In this document: positions 46,501-55,333 of the stretch, one piece after another
How positions within the stretch are numbered: position 1 is the first letter of the stretch
Layout: each line of letters starts with the position of its first letter
DNA from: a virus
IMG/VR virus record: IMGVR_UViG_3300025816_000006
Span: 32,001 to 96,000 of that record
Direction: 5' to 3' (one strand)
Length of the DNA: 64,000 nucleotides
Program-made: the position numbers and the translations under genes
The notes under the pieces: generated by a model
What the model was told of the DNA's origin: nothing
The model's input: only the letters and a program-made list of their open reading frames with translations
The model's database searches: none

Positions 46501-48845
46501 TAAAAAATTATTTTTCAGCCGATGCAGATGGAAATATAGCTGACGTTACAGACAACATAAGAGAAATTTATCAGGGGCCATATGGGTTCAGACCTTTACC
46601 CGTAAATGCAGATGGTCAAGATTTACTAGAGTCTCAGTCTCACATATTCAAAATGAATCAGATTAGACAGGATCAATTAATAAATAAGTCTTGGTCTTAT
46701 GAAAGATTTTTATATAAAGATAATTTTATTGGCTCAAAAGATCCCAACACTGCTGATTTAACTTATGGATACGGAGCGCTAAAAGGTAATTATAACCCAC
46801 TCTCAGAAAAATGGGCGTTTAACTATGTGCCTGAGCCACAAGGTGGATTTCTAAACTTTGCTCTATATCCAAGAAATCTATCTTTGTCTCAAGTTGAAAG
46901 CAGATCTATACCTGACTCAAAATTATCCCCTGCGGCCCAATACAATTTTGTTCCAAAAGACTTGTCGAACTTTGTGTCTGACGATGGACGTATAGAATGT
47001 TATGTTAGGTTTGATAATAGTCAATATTTAGATTTTAAAGGCATAGGCGCTGACTCTATAACTCAAGAAGTTATACAAGGCAACACACTTATTCCTGATG
47101 TTTTATCAGAATTAGACAACGTGAATACTGACCAGCCAGAATCTTTACAGGATCATGTAAAAAGAGAGTCTGGGCCAGACAAAAAACCAACTTCCGTTGC
47201 TTATGTTAAATGTAGCGTAGAGCCTCGTCTCTTTATGCCGCCAAAAAGCGAAGAAACTCCAGCTTTAGTTTTTGGAAGAGACATAAGGTACGTGCCTAAT
47301 TTTGCTCCAGCTAAAGTCATTGAAGGTACAGATGATTTAGGTTGCCCCACATATAAGTGCGTTAAGCCTTTTGCACAACCAATATTTGAGCCTAGCAGTA
47401 GATTTAAAGAAGTTGCACAAAATATTGGATACGAAAGGGTCTTGCCACCTCAACAGTTTCTATTCAATGACAAAACTTTTGAAGTAGAAACAACGTTTGG
47501 GAATCCTAATAGACAGATAAACGGTGGAGGACTAGACAGTACAATTATAAGACATGTAGAGTATGCCAGAAGATATGATAAACAAACTGACTCGTTTATA
47601 ATAGATACAGAAGAACAAAATCTAGATAGCGATCATGTATACGCTCTTATAACCTTACCCGGAGTTGTCTCTACAAATGTAAATCAAAGATTTATGGATG
47701 CAGAAATATTAAGTAAAAATACTGCTTCTATAAAAAATATTATGACTCAAGATGTTGTTAGGGGGCCAGAAGGATTTGAAAAACCTGCGCAGATTGTAAA
47801 TGAAAAGGTTCCGCTTGATTGTAGTGATTTTACTTTCGAGGATATAGAAGCTGCCCAGCAAGCGCAAAGAGAGTCTGTTGCAAGTTTAATACGTGCCGAC
47901 AGAGAATCTATTACAACATCTGCTGGGTCGCCCGTTTTTCCAAATTTAGTTGCGCTACCTCTCATGTCAACAGAAAGGTGCTACGGACCTTGGAGATCTG
48001 CTGCAAATATAGACGGAAGTAAAGATAGATATACGGACATCGGAGGTAAAGTAGAATTTGTAAAGAACGAAGACTTAGCGCCTTGGAATTACGCCGGATA
48101 TCAATTAATGAACGAGGCTGGCGTTTTAGAAGCAGAGTTTTCCAATAGCTTGCTACTATTTTCTGAAAGAGGTGGATTTGTTTTCCCTTCTACTCCTGCC
48201 GGAATATCAATAGGAAAAGCCTTGCAAGACGGAGGGCCGCTTGTTACATCTGTTTCTATAGACGTATCTCAAGCTGGCGTAAAGACTACAGTTAAAATGG
48301 ATCTTTATACATCGCGCTTTGGAAGATTGCAAAAACAAAAAGAAGACGCAATAGCACAAATAGTAAGAGAAAGACAAAAGATTATTGACACAAATAACGA
48401 AATGGTTAGAAAGGGTTTGATAAGAAGCGCTACAAGCTCTACAGCTAATTCTATAAAGTCAGCTTTTGCTGGCGCTAATAATCTTATTAATGATTTTAGT
48501 AGAATAAATGTGGACGAATCTGTTGCTAGGCCAGAGCGAGCTAATGCTTGGAGAAGAGCTATCTCCGTTCAAAAAAGAAAAGAGAGGCTGACTAACGAGG
48601 AAGGTGGAGAAGAAGAAGCTGTAACTCCGCACATTGTTTCATCTACTTTGGATCTTCTTGGAGCATATGCAGGATACGTTGACAGCATAACACTTGGTGT
48701 TCAGGAATATGCAACAGCAGAAGAAGAACAGCAGATACCTTACGACGAATCAAACAATCCACAAATGCCAAGCAAGGCTCAAGTAAATATGAACTCTATA
48801 AGCAACACAATAGCTCCTCTGTTTATGCCTAAATTTGATGATTAA
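43524..48845 (+). CDS. Large tail-tip/baseplate hub-like structural protein
   Basis: N-terminal FLGASIRNFNIAGGFGDSSSNLSVSLVED and C-terminal GPLVTSVSIDVSQAGVKTTVKM, a hub-like layout; 1773 aa. Confidence 0.55.
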   Translation: MSDEHKPNYSIIPPTGAFNQNQATGKGSEWPSKFVLPQGPSGTFSKGGWTEGNEGFNQQTFLGASIRNFNIAGGFGDSSSNLSVSLVEDEYNKSDSTFLGLGDDVYHSGNGDNFVPPPVGTPVFFKFGKNWATVEQAYRRTIDETYGISSIDLKKWDFEDELIQPSGAFSTTPFEPSGDFPNARGKFYLRKNEKTLIFPDIEDPRDDKRTWVDKSFLHTHDDKDRGYEHFVFGGILQSVSETRGANGNPVQTAQVTDPREILGNCSLILNDYAGTTFNNKNLFNVYGFLEYDPSDSLQRRLDQTSEFKWIVEKQVNQTGQVQYFGRDKDKSVTTINFPVNTENQLQLNPSADYWDIYKFSQTVTSVPNQGKIFSRESIDTEVGADEELFPKFFPITGEGFSRRTEQGIPWYRVSQALAALFQQYGKLPEEYLEAGFGGTIDFRGFNYIVDFGGIPLNKIPKAYMLKYNQIDILALAQELCDVISHDLFVSLLPVVDPLTDLEDEQDEKAAIMNAAFAKNNYWIKKATGYDFGSDKYKQAISNIIHGVIRIDAIDRSKQPSYGSIQSYINQLENKGIYVENRNLGFELSNVTTDKFVAGAQEVEMYYFSTYKDRDSLEARKQAAGVPNNLQNINEKQWTLEASLKQQVLPFYGFLGKNALSIPRGFGAYQQIMLDASSLDAFGVGNYYVATEMELRHAIKGYDEWKDFICKYNDSYIEELGQNKAFYKELAKTTSKDIEGLGGDLSEPLGTCITPTLEGEPDIITTGVLKSSCDGADETFIETSPAQLLNREFGVSVPRCVFNSDKNFMSDDNTPASPCSPPYGYPLYYKRAQNIGISKAGVAKVTDAVTRVRSQIETIKNYASSDPMNNVYKANFEALEEETKMLEELASYAGEDAIDGLKETINCIYEQQRAITATENELIKASGNIAKVDNVLRTANALSVNLSNLARRGERNARKIHEFVAKIAQENLGKKFLVKIPRFCNVNYSEIPALKNYFSADADGNIADVTDNIREIYQGPYGFRPLPVNADGQDLLESQSHIFKMNQIRQDQLINKSWSYERFLYKDNFIGSKDPNTADLTYGYGALKGNYNPLSEKWAFNYVPEPQGGFLNFALYPRNLSLSQVESRSIPDSKLSPAAQYNFVPKDLSNFVSDDGRIECYVRFDNSQYLDFKGIGADSITQEVIQGNTLIPDVLSELDNVNTDQPESLQDHVKRESGPDKKPTSVAYVKCSVEPRLFMPPKSEETPALVFGRDIRYVPNFAPAKVIEGTDDLGCPTYKCVKPFAQPIFEPSSRFKEVAQNIGYERVLPPQQFLFNDKTFEVETTFGNPNRQINGGGLDSTIIRHVEYARRYDKQTDSFIIDTEEQNLDSDHVYALITLPGVVSTNVNQRFMDAEILSKNTASIKNIMTQDVVRGPEGFEKPAQIVNEKVPLDCSDFTFEDIEAAQQAQRESVASLIRADRESITTSAGSPVFPNLVALPLMSTERCYGPWRSAANIDGSKDRYTDIGGKVEFVKNEDLAPWNYAGYQLMNEAGVLEAEFSNSLLLFSERGGFVFPSTPAGISIGKALQDGGPLVTSVSIDVSQAGVKTTVKMDLYTSRFGRLQKQKEDAIAQIVRERQKIIDTNNEMVRKGLIRSATSSTANSIKSAFAGANNLINDFSRINVDESVARPERANAWRRAISVQKRKERLTNEEGGEEEAVTPHIVSSTLDLLGAYAGYVDSITLGVQEYATAEEEQQIPYDESNNPQMPSKAQVNMNSISNTIAPLFMPKFDD

Positions 48846-48868
48846 AGGAAAAGAAAAAAGGAATAAAA

Positions 48869-51800
48869 ATGACATCAAACATATATAATACACAAATTAA
48901 TAACTATCGGAATGCTGATGATGGTTATCATTATATAACAACAGATAGCCCTAGATTATTAGACTTGGGGATTGCTGCGTTTACTACGGGTACGCTGTTT
49001 GATTGGTTGCACGTTAGAAATGACGGAGGTGTAAGAAGACTTGACTACACAAGGGTTGACGAACTAGGAAATGATGAACAGCACTTCATGAAGGAATATA
49101 GGAATCAAAAATTTTGGAGACACAAGTACTCTGATATTTCCCTAAACAACTGGCCTCATGAAGCTTTATTTACTTTATCAAATCAAACCGCAGAGCAATT
49201 TTGTGATCCTGACGGTGGCACTAGAGACGAGGATTTTGTACAAGAAAAATTTTGTTTCTATCATGGTTGGAGAACAAGAGGTAGGAGCGGAGAATATGTA
49301 AAGGTTGAGAGCGAAGGTATGGGCGGCAAGGACATGAATTGGACTTATAGCGCCGCAGAGGGTGACTTTACTTGGAACAATTTAGATGCTGAGTTTTTTG
49401 ATAATTATAACATTACAGGCTGGTCTTCTGCTGCAAACCAGCCAATTAGAAAATATGTCACATCCCCATTAACTCAAGACGGCACAAGCCTGATACACAG
49501 AGTTATTGAGATGAATAACTACGTTAGGTTATTGAATCAAAACGTAGACAGAGCAAACTGGACTGATACAGACCTCGCTCTAAACTATTTTATAAATGAT
49601 ATTAAGTCTAGTAAAGAGAAATATCTACAGTGGCTTGCTCTTCCAGAGTTTTTGCTGGATATTCCTAAGAATATTTTAAAGCAAGATGGAATAGTGGATG
49701 GTTGCACAGGGTGTTCTAAGAAAGAAGATGTTTATTTTAAACTATATCTTTATGATATATACAAACCCAAGAATACTGCGCGTAAAACTACAACAAGTTC
49801 TCTAACTGTTGTTAGCACCCCGTTAACATCTTACGGATGGCCTTATAAGGATAAAGATGAAAAAGGCAGAACTCCCCCTAGTGTTAATCCAGATCCCTCA
49901 AATGCCGTAGCTGGCGAGGTAGATCTTAGTTACAACGAAACGACAGGAAAGTGGGAGGGTGGCACAACTCAGGTTTTTGCTATAATTACAGAAGATCTAG
50001 AGGCTGCTGAACAGCCGGATCTAGAATCATTTCTAGCAGACGACGAACTCACATTGCTTTCCTATGAATCGGGAATGAAGGTCGGCAAAGGTAAGGCAGT
50101 TATTCTTGCTATGCAGAATGGCAATCCTCTGCAATGGATGCCAGATTTTCATTATACTAAAAATTGTAGAGAAAAGAATGCAGTAAACAGAAAAGTTATT
50201 GTAGATGTAATAAACCCCACAAACAGAAGCTTTGCAAAGGGCGACAACGTAGTTCTTCAAAAAATACATGGGGTTTGGATTCCACAGTCTGTAGGGACTG
50301 CTTCTGACTTTATAACTCCAGCAGATCCTAAGTGGGACTTTACATACTTGATGACCAATAGTATGTTCTTTTTTAGGAATCATGATTGGTTTCTTAATTT
50401 ATCAACTTTTGATGAACTTAATATGTCTGAGGACAATAAGTCAGACAGTAAAATTACACCTAATCAATACGAACAATCTTTTTATCGTTGGTATTATAGC
50501 GTGGCAGAAACAGCACCTTTTGACGGTGCGGTTGAGCCTATAAAAACAACAGAGAATAGCGATAGATATCCTGATTCTGTAAACCGATACGCTCGCGTTT
50601 TAAACGGATATATGCAAGTCACATCTTGGGATTTTATGGGAATAGGCATTGGGGGATTAAGAAGAAAAGGTAATTTTCCAGCGGGCGCTAATTCACAGAG
50701 TGATGCGGATCTTAGCGAAACTTTTTCTCTGGCAGAGGAATACGACGGAGACGATGGTATAAACGGAAACGCCCTTTCTTGTACGCAGTTTTCCTTCAAT
50801 CAAAAAAATGATGATTTTGAGGGTGGCGGCCTTAATGGAGAAAAGAATAGTTATCCGTTTTTTGGTTGTGTTTTTCCAGATGGATATAGCGCCTCTGAAA
50901 AATATGCAGAATTGATGAATGAAGATAAAGATTTTTTCCTCGCGCCTAAAAATTATAAAAGCTTTGGTAATTATCAGTCTCAGACTCCTTTCTTTTATGC
51001 TGCAAAAGAGCCTTTTAAAAATTTAAACAATGTTAGAAATAATGCGGTTGCTACGAACAAACATCAAGAGTTTGGAATTTTTCCAGAAGGAGAAGCTGGG
51101 TCTTTAAAACATCTACCCGCAGATATCGGAACAAATGCTTCGCCTTTGGGTATCAATGGGCAACCGATTTCAAACATTGGAATTATAGGAGAATTAAATA
51201 ATCAAGTAGAAACTCCTTATTTTAGAGACGTTGTAGCGCAGTATTTTAGCAAAGATGATTTTGGATTAGAGAAATGTTTATCTTGGGTGCATAAAAAACA
51301 AGTTGGTTTAGAAGATCAAATTATTACAAACGATTCTGTTTATTACTATGAAGATAGCGCGTTTGATTTAAAGCCAGTAAACCCTCTCAAGATAGAGTTT
51401 AGACCGCTAATACAAGAAGTGTATTCTTCGTTTGAAGGGTTTGACTTTGACGGCACATTTTATAGAAGTGCTTTTGATTTTAATAGCCTAAATAGAGGAT
51501 CTTTTGCTAAAGAAGGGTATGCGTTTAATCAATCCTTTTTTAATCCTGAGTATGACGCTCTTACACCATCCCTTTCTCCTTTTTCTCTGTTTAGAAATCC
51601 TCAAATTTCTGAAACTCCTAAAATAGCTGGCAAAAGCATCTCAGCTGATAGATTTGAAAAGTTTAAGCTTTTTGCGCTGGATAGTGATATATACGGCAAT
51701 CCCGGAGTTGGGTTCAATAAAGGTGGCTTGAGATACAATGCGGGCTTGTCTAAATATGAGTGGGGATTTTTAACATCTGATGATATGAATAATGCTCCAC

Positions 51801-53386
51801 GATTTTGGTGGAATGAAGACTGGATGGACACACAAGTTCCCGGAGGTGGCGTTGGTGTTATAGGCGCAGTAGTTACTATCGCAACAAGGGATCAAGTTCA
51901 ATTCAATACAGAAAATGCGATTGGTCTTGATGACGCCGTGGATTCTACACAGCTTGCCTACCCACCTTCGTTTAGGGGTGGTGATTTTTCAACTATGAAT
52001 ACAACACAGTTGTACGCTAGGGTTTACCAAAACTGGCCTAGAGACCAAATGATCTATGATCCTAGATTCTTTGTTGTTCATCATTTTAATCCAGATTCTA
52101 ATATAGCAAAAAAACCCATAGTCCAAGAAGAAAACCTTAATGCTGCTAGAATTTATGGTAACGGTAAAGTTGATGCTAGCGAGTCTGATGTTGATTTTAC
52201 TGTTCCTACATACTGGGATAACACTCAGATTCCTGCGGATGGAAAGAGGGTTTATGCTGATTCAATTCAAGAATCTCTTGATACTGTTGCAGGCTCGCTT
52301 CCCGGTCCAAAAGTAGGCGTTACAAAACTTAGAAATAAAATACACTGGAGGGTAAACACTCAAAGAAGAGGTAAATTACTTCCTTATTCTTATAAATTTG
52401 CTACGATTGGAATGCCTGAGATAAAATACGTACCCGCTGGCGGTAATGCCGGTGGAGTCATAAGCAATACTTCCGATCAAGTGCTAGACATAAGCACAGA
52501 TTTTGGTTTTTTAAATGGTGACTATGTGGGAGTTATATCAAGTAGAATTGTTGATGCTGATCAAGATATATTAATTGTAAACAGAGGTCAAGGATATACA
52601 AGTAATAGCAAGTTTGTGGTAGAGGGAGGATCTGGTGGTGGTGTTTTATTAAAAGCTATTGTAGATGGTAACGGTGGGGTTATTGGCTTTGAAACCGAAT
52701 CTACTGGATTTGGCTTTGCTCCTGAAGATTTTCCAAGAACCACAGCGAGTGTTTCTTACACCACCGAAACTAATGGTTTTGGAACTCCTTTTCCAGATTT
52801 TTCAATGTTTAAAATTAAAATTGTGGCGCACCCAGATTCTGAATCTGGAGAGGGATTTGTAGGATACATGTGTCGAGGCTCTATGGTTACTACGGTGCTA
52901 GAGGACGCAAAACCAATGGAGGCGCTTAATACTACTGGTCCAATTAAATTAACACCTGATCCACCCCTACAGAGAGAAGGTGACACAACTCAACATCTTC
53001 AAGAAACAGACGCTGTAAACAAATCTTTATCAATAAATCCAACAGCTTCTACTTCTACTCTATCAGAAGGTATGCAATCAAAAAGAAATCATTACGACGT
53101 ATTTTTACATTTTCATAATGATATTTCACATACTAGAATGCATTCAAATTTCCGACCGGCAGAGCTTGAGCAAATGGTTAGACTAGAAATATTGACCAAT
53201 GGCTCAGATGGAGGCTCTTTGGCCTCGAATGCCCAAGGTCAAAATCAAAATTCTTCTTCTTCTAATGGCAACAATGCTGCTAATGGTTTTGCAGCAGGAG
53301 GAGGGTTTGGTAACTTCAATTTTAATGGAGGGGGCTTCTTTGGTGGCTTAAACGGCAATCTTGGTGGCGGCACTATGTTTAGATAA
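48869..53386 (+). CDS. Large virion structural protein
   Basis: 1505 aa; ILIVNRGQGYT...GGSGGG...GGVIGFETESTGFGF segment typical of baseplate/structural proteins; Gly/Asn/Phe low-complexity C-terminus. Confidence 0.65.
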   Translation: MTSNIYNTQINNYRNADDGYHYITTDSPRLLDLGIAAFTTGTLFDWLHVRNDGGVRRLDYTRVDELGNDEQHFMKEYRNQKFWRHKYSDISLNNWPHEALFTLSNQTAEQFCDPDGGTRDEDFVQEKFCFYHGWRTRGRSGEYVKVESEGMGGKDMNWTYSAAEGDFTWNNLDAEFFDNYNITGWSSAANQPIRKYVTSPLTQDGTSLIHRVIEMNNYVRLLNQNVDRANWTDTDLALNYFINDIKSSKEKYLQWLALPEFLLDIPKNILKQDGIVDGCTGCSKKEDVYFKLYLYDIYKPKNTARKTTTSSLTVVSTPLTSYGWPYKDKDEKGRTPPSVNPDPSNAVAGEVDLSYNETTGKWEGGTTQVFAIITEDLEAAEQPDLESFLADDELTLLSYESGMKVGKGKAVILAMQNGNPLQWMPDFHYTKNCREKNAVNRKVIVDVINPTNRSFAKGDNVVLQKIHGVWIPQSVGTASDFITPADPKWDFTYLMTNSMFFFRNHDWFLNLSTFDELNMSEDNKSDSKITPNQYEQSFYRWYYSVAETAPFDGAVEPIKTTENSDRYPDSVNRYARVLNGYMQVTSWDFMGIGIGGLRRKGNFPAGANSQSDADLSETFSLAEEYDGDDGINGNALSCTQFSFNQKNDDFEGGGLNGEKNSYPFFGCVFPDGYSASEKYAELMNEDKDFFLAPKNYKSFGNYQSQTPFFYAAKEPFKNLNNVRNNAVATNKHQEFGIFPEGEAGSLKHLPADIGTNASPLGINGQPISNIGIIGELNNQVETPYFRDVVAQYFSKDDFGLEKCLSWVHKKQVGLEDQIITNDSVYYYEDSAFDLKPVNPLKIEFRPLIQEVYSSFEGFDFDGTFYRSAFDFNSLNRGSFAKEGYAFNQSFFNPEYDALTPSLSPFSLFRNPQISETPKIAGKSISADRFEKFKLFALDSDIYGNPGVGFNKGGLRYNAGLSKYEWGFLTSDDMNNAPRFWWNEDWMDTQVPGGGVGVIGAVVTIATRDQVQFNTENAIGLDDAVDSTQLAYPPSFRGGDFSTMNTTQLYARVYQNWPRDQMIYDPRFFVVHHFNPDSNIAKKPIVQEENLNAARIYGNGKVDASESDVDFTVPTYWDNTQIPADGKRVYADSIQESLDTVAGSLPGPKVGVTKLRNKIHWRVNTQRRGKLLPYSYKFATIGMPEIKYVPAGGNAGGVISNTSDQVLDISTDFGFLNGDYVGVISSRIVDADQDILIVNRGQGYTSNSKFVVEGGSGGGVLLKAIVDGNGGVIGFETESTGFGFAPEDFPRTTASVSYTTETNGFGTPFPDFSMFKIKIVAHPDSESGEGFVGYMCRGSMVTTVLEDAKPMEALNTTGPIKLTPDPPLQREGDTTQHLQETDAVNKSLSINPTASTSTLSEGMQSKRNHYDVFLHFHNDISHTRMHSNFRPAELEQMVRLEILTNGSDGGSLASNAQGQNQNSSSSNGNNAANGFAAGGGFGNFNFNGGGFFGGLNGNLGGGTMFR

Positions 53387-53399
53387 AATAAACTTTTTC

Positions 53400-53442
53400 G
53401 TGTATAATATAACAGAATATTTTCTTTACAGGAGATTAAATA
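53400..53442 (+). promoter_or_regulatory. Candidate promoter GTGTATAATA, imperfect inverted repeat AGAATATTTTCT and AGGAG RBS
   Basis: Intergenic; near-copy of 15184-15229. Confidence 0.65.
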
Positions 53443-54162
53443 ATGGCAGCTATAACGTTTCATGCTAATATAAATACTGCGTCAGTTAGTACGGACGCAA
53501 CTTTAATTAACCATACAGCAGGCTCTGGCCTTGGCTTTTTTGGGAGGAGTTTCGGCCTATCTGTTCCGGTCGGACAATTTCAAGAATCTACATTTGTAAG
53601 CAATTCCAATGGAACTGCGTCCGGTGTTAAGGTTAGCAATACGAAATACCTGTCGGTAAGTGGTGTTTCTCATAATGATGGCGGCGAGATTGATAATGAG
53701 TCTATGCCTAATTACTACGCTCCGTTAAATGTCAGATTCACTCACGACGAAGCAGTTAGAGTACAAAACTGCAAATTGCGTATTTTTGATAGAAACGATA
53801 TAGATAATCAAGCTAGCGGTGTTACTACAAAAGTCTACGAACTTCGTCACCCCAATGGTGTAGACAACACAACTAACGCTTTGTCTCACAGAGGTAGATC
53901 AACTCACGATTGGCTTGAGTTTGATCCAGAAGATAACATGGTGGATATGGACTTTACGTCTTCTCCGGGTGTAAGCGGTCTAAACACAAATGCTGGGGAC
54001 GCATTGGCATCAAGCACTGACGGTCAAGCAAACTACATAACTAAAGAAGGCGCTGCACATGAAGCAGAACGTCATGATTGGTATCTGGCTCTAAGCGCTT
54101 CTCCTGATAGCATTGGAAGTAAAACGCAATACGGATTGTACTTTACTCTGGAATATCTATAA
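53443..54162 (+). CDS. Hypothetical virion structural protein, probably abundant
   Basis: 239 aa, beta-rich, own promoter and strong RBS, last gene before the terminator. Confidence 0.7.
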   Translation: MAAITFHANINTASVSTDATLINHTAGSGLGFFGRSFGLSVPVGQFQESTFVSNSNGTASGVKVSNTKYLSVSGVSHNDGGEIDNESMPNYYAPLNVRFTHDEAVRVQNCKLRIFDRNDIDNQASGVTTKVYELRHPNGVDNTTNALSHRGRSTHDWLEFDPEDNMVDMDFTSSPGVSGLNTNAGDALASSTDGQANYITKEGAAHEAERHDWYLALSASPDSIGSKTQYGLYFTLEYL

Positions 54163-54189
54163 AAAAAGAGCCGCCTTTCGACGACTCTC
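54161..54189 (-). terminator. Rho-independent terminator for the minus-strand block
   Basis: Minus strand reads GAGTCGTC-GAAA-GGCGGCTC-TTTTTTT (stem with G-U pairs, GNRA loop, U-tract). Confidence 0.8.
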
Positions 54190-54194
54190 TAACT

Positions 54195-54226
54195 AGGTCA
54201 GTAGTGGTGTGCTACTGGCCTTTTTT
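54195..54226 (+). terminator. Rho-independent terminator for the structural block
   Basis: AGGTCAGTAG-tggtgtg-CTACTGGCCT followed by a T-tract. Confidence 0.8.
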
Positions 54227-54560
54227 ATTCATTCTGGCCTGTCTTGGCATTCCACTTGACCCAACCTTTGTCGGGAAGCCAGTTTCCATCTCCGTCTTTA
54301 CGCTTAGGAAACAGGGTTCCACCCTTCTTGTTTACGCCAAATGCTAGACGAGCGCCACAGTCTGCGCATCTAAGTTCGTAATATTCGTTTTCGTCTACGG
54401 TTCTCACCACAAACTTAACATTATCACTTCCACATTTGCCGCAAACGGTTTCCTCAAAAACTTCCTGAAACTTTGCGATTTCTGCAAAGATTGACTTTTG
54501 GTCATCTCCAGTAAGCTCTACGTTAAGACGACCATTTCTTGTTTGATATACTACCTTCAT
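54225..54560 (-). CDS. Zinc-ribbon protein
   Basis: CGKC...CADC; start 54560 has a GGAG RBS and an ATGA overlap with the upstream gene. Confidence 0.75.
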   Translation of the reverse strand: MKVVYQTRNGRLNVELTGDDQKSIFAEIAKFQEVFEETVCGKCGSDNVKFVVRTVDENEYYELRCADCGARLAFGVNKKGGTLFPKRKDGDGNWLPDKGWVKWNAKTGQNE

Positions 54561-55333
54561 GCGCTTCTCCAATCTTGTTGATAACCAGTAATTGAACTAG
54601 GGATTGACCCTTTGTTTTGTTGATATTCATTGAGTTTCTCAATAGCATCACTTGCTTGCTTTTTATCAATCTTCTTTGACACAGAGAGATTGAATACTTC
54701 TTTAAATAATTTAGCTGGATTGATGTCCAACTGCTTAGATTTACCATCTACGAAATTTTCTTGATTGTTTGTCATTCTACCTGTGGATTGATATTCTCCT
54801 TGTGTAGTTTGTACTCCAGTAGTTCTGCTAATACTTTTAGCAATCTCCGCAGTATTCTTTTTAGTCACCTCTTCTGCTGCTACGACACGAATTCTAAGCG
54901 CTTTTCTGAGTGCGCGACCTTCCGCTCGCGTTGCTGCCGTGGCGGTGTTGTAGACGCAAAATGTGTCGTCTGTATTGCCTTCCCAAGAGTCAGCAACATC
55001 ACAGAAGGCAGACCCATCTTCAAACTCCACTTTCCAGATAACAGTAGACCTACCAATCTCATTTCCACCAGAAGGAGGAAACACTTGAATCGGACCACTA
55101 AATACAATCCTGCCCATCAGCAATTCTGCAACTCTTCTCAACCCATTACACAGGGGCATCTTCTCAAACATTTCATTATCTTCAAAATGCCCAAGCACAT
55201 AATCATTCCACTCTGGATCTGTTGGTGAAGGCGCACCCTCAATCACATCTTTAACGGAAGTGTTAGTGTTAGAAGGAGTAGCAAGCTCAACGTCTTCAAA
55301 CAAATCATTTTGTACATATCCATTATCACTCAT
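54557..55333 (-). CDS. Putative single-strand annealing/recombination protein (Rad52/Sak/Erf-like)
   Basis: Beta-beta-beta-alpha core ending in ATAATRAEGRALRKALRI...AEE, plus a C-terminal helical domain (TNNQENFV...KKQASDAIEKL). Judged by eye. Confidence 0.5.
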   Translation of the reverse strand: MSDNGYVQNDLFEDVELATPSNTNTSVKDVIEGAPSPTDPEWNDYVLGHFEDNEMFEKMPLCNGLRRVAELLMGRIVFSGPIQVFPPSGGNEIGRSTVIWKVEFEDGSAFCDVADSWEGNTDDTFCVYNTATAATRAEGRALRKALRIRVVAAEEVTKKNTAEIAKSISRTTGVQTTQGEYQSTGRMTNNQENFVDGKSKQLDINPAKLFKEVFNLSVSKKIDKKQASDAIEKLNEYQQNKGSIPSSITGYQQDWRSA

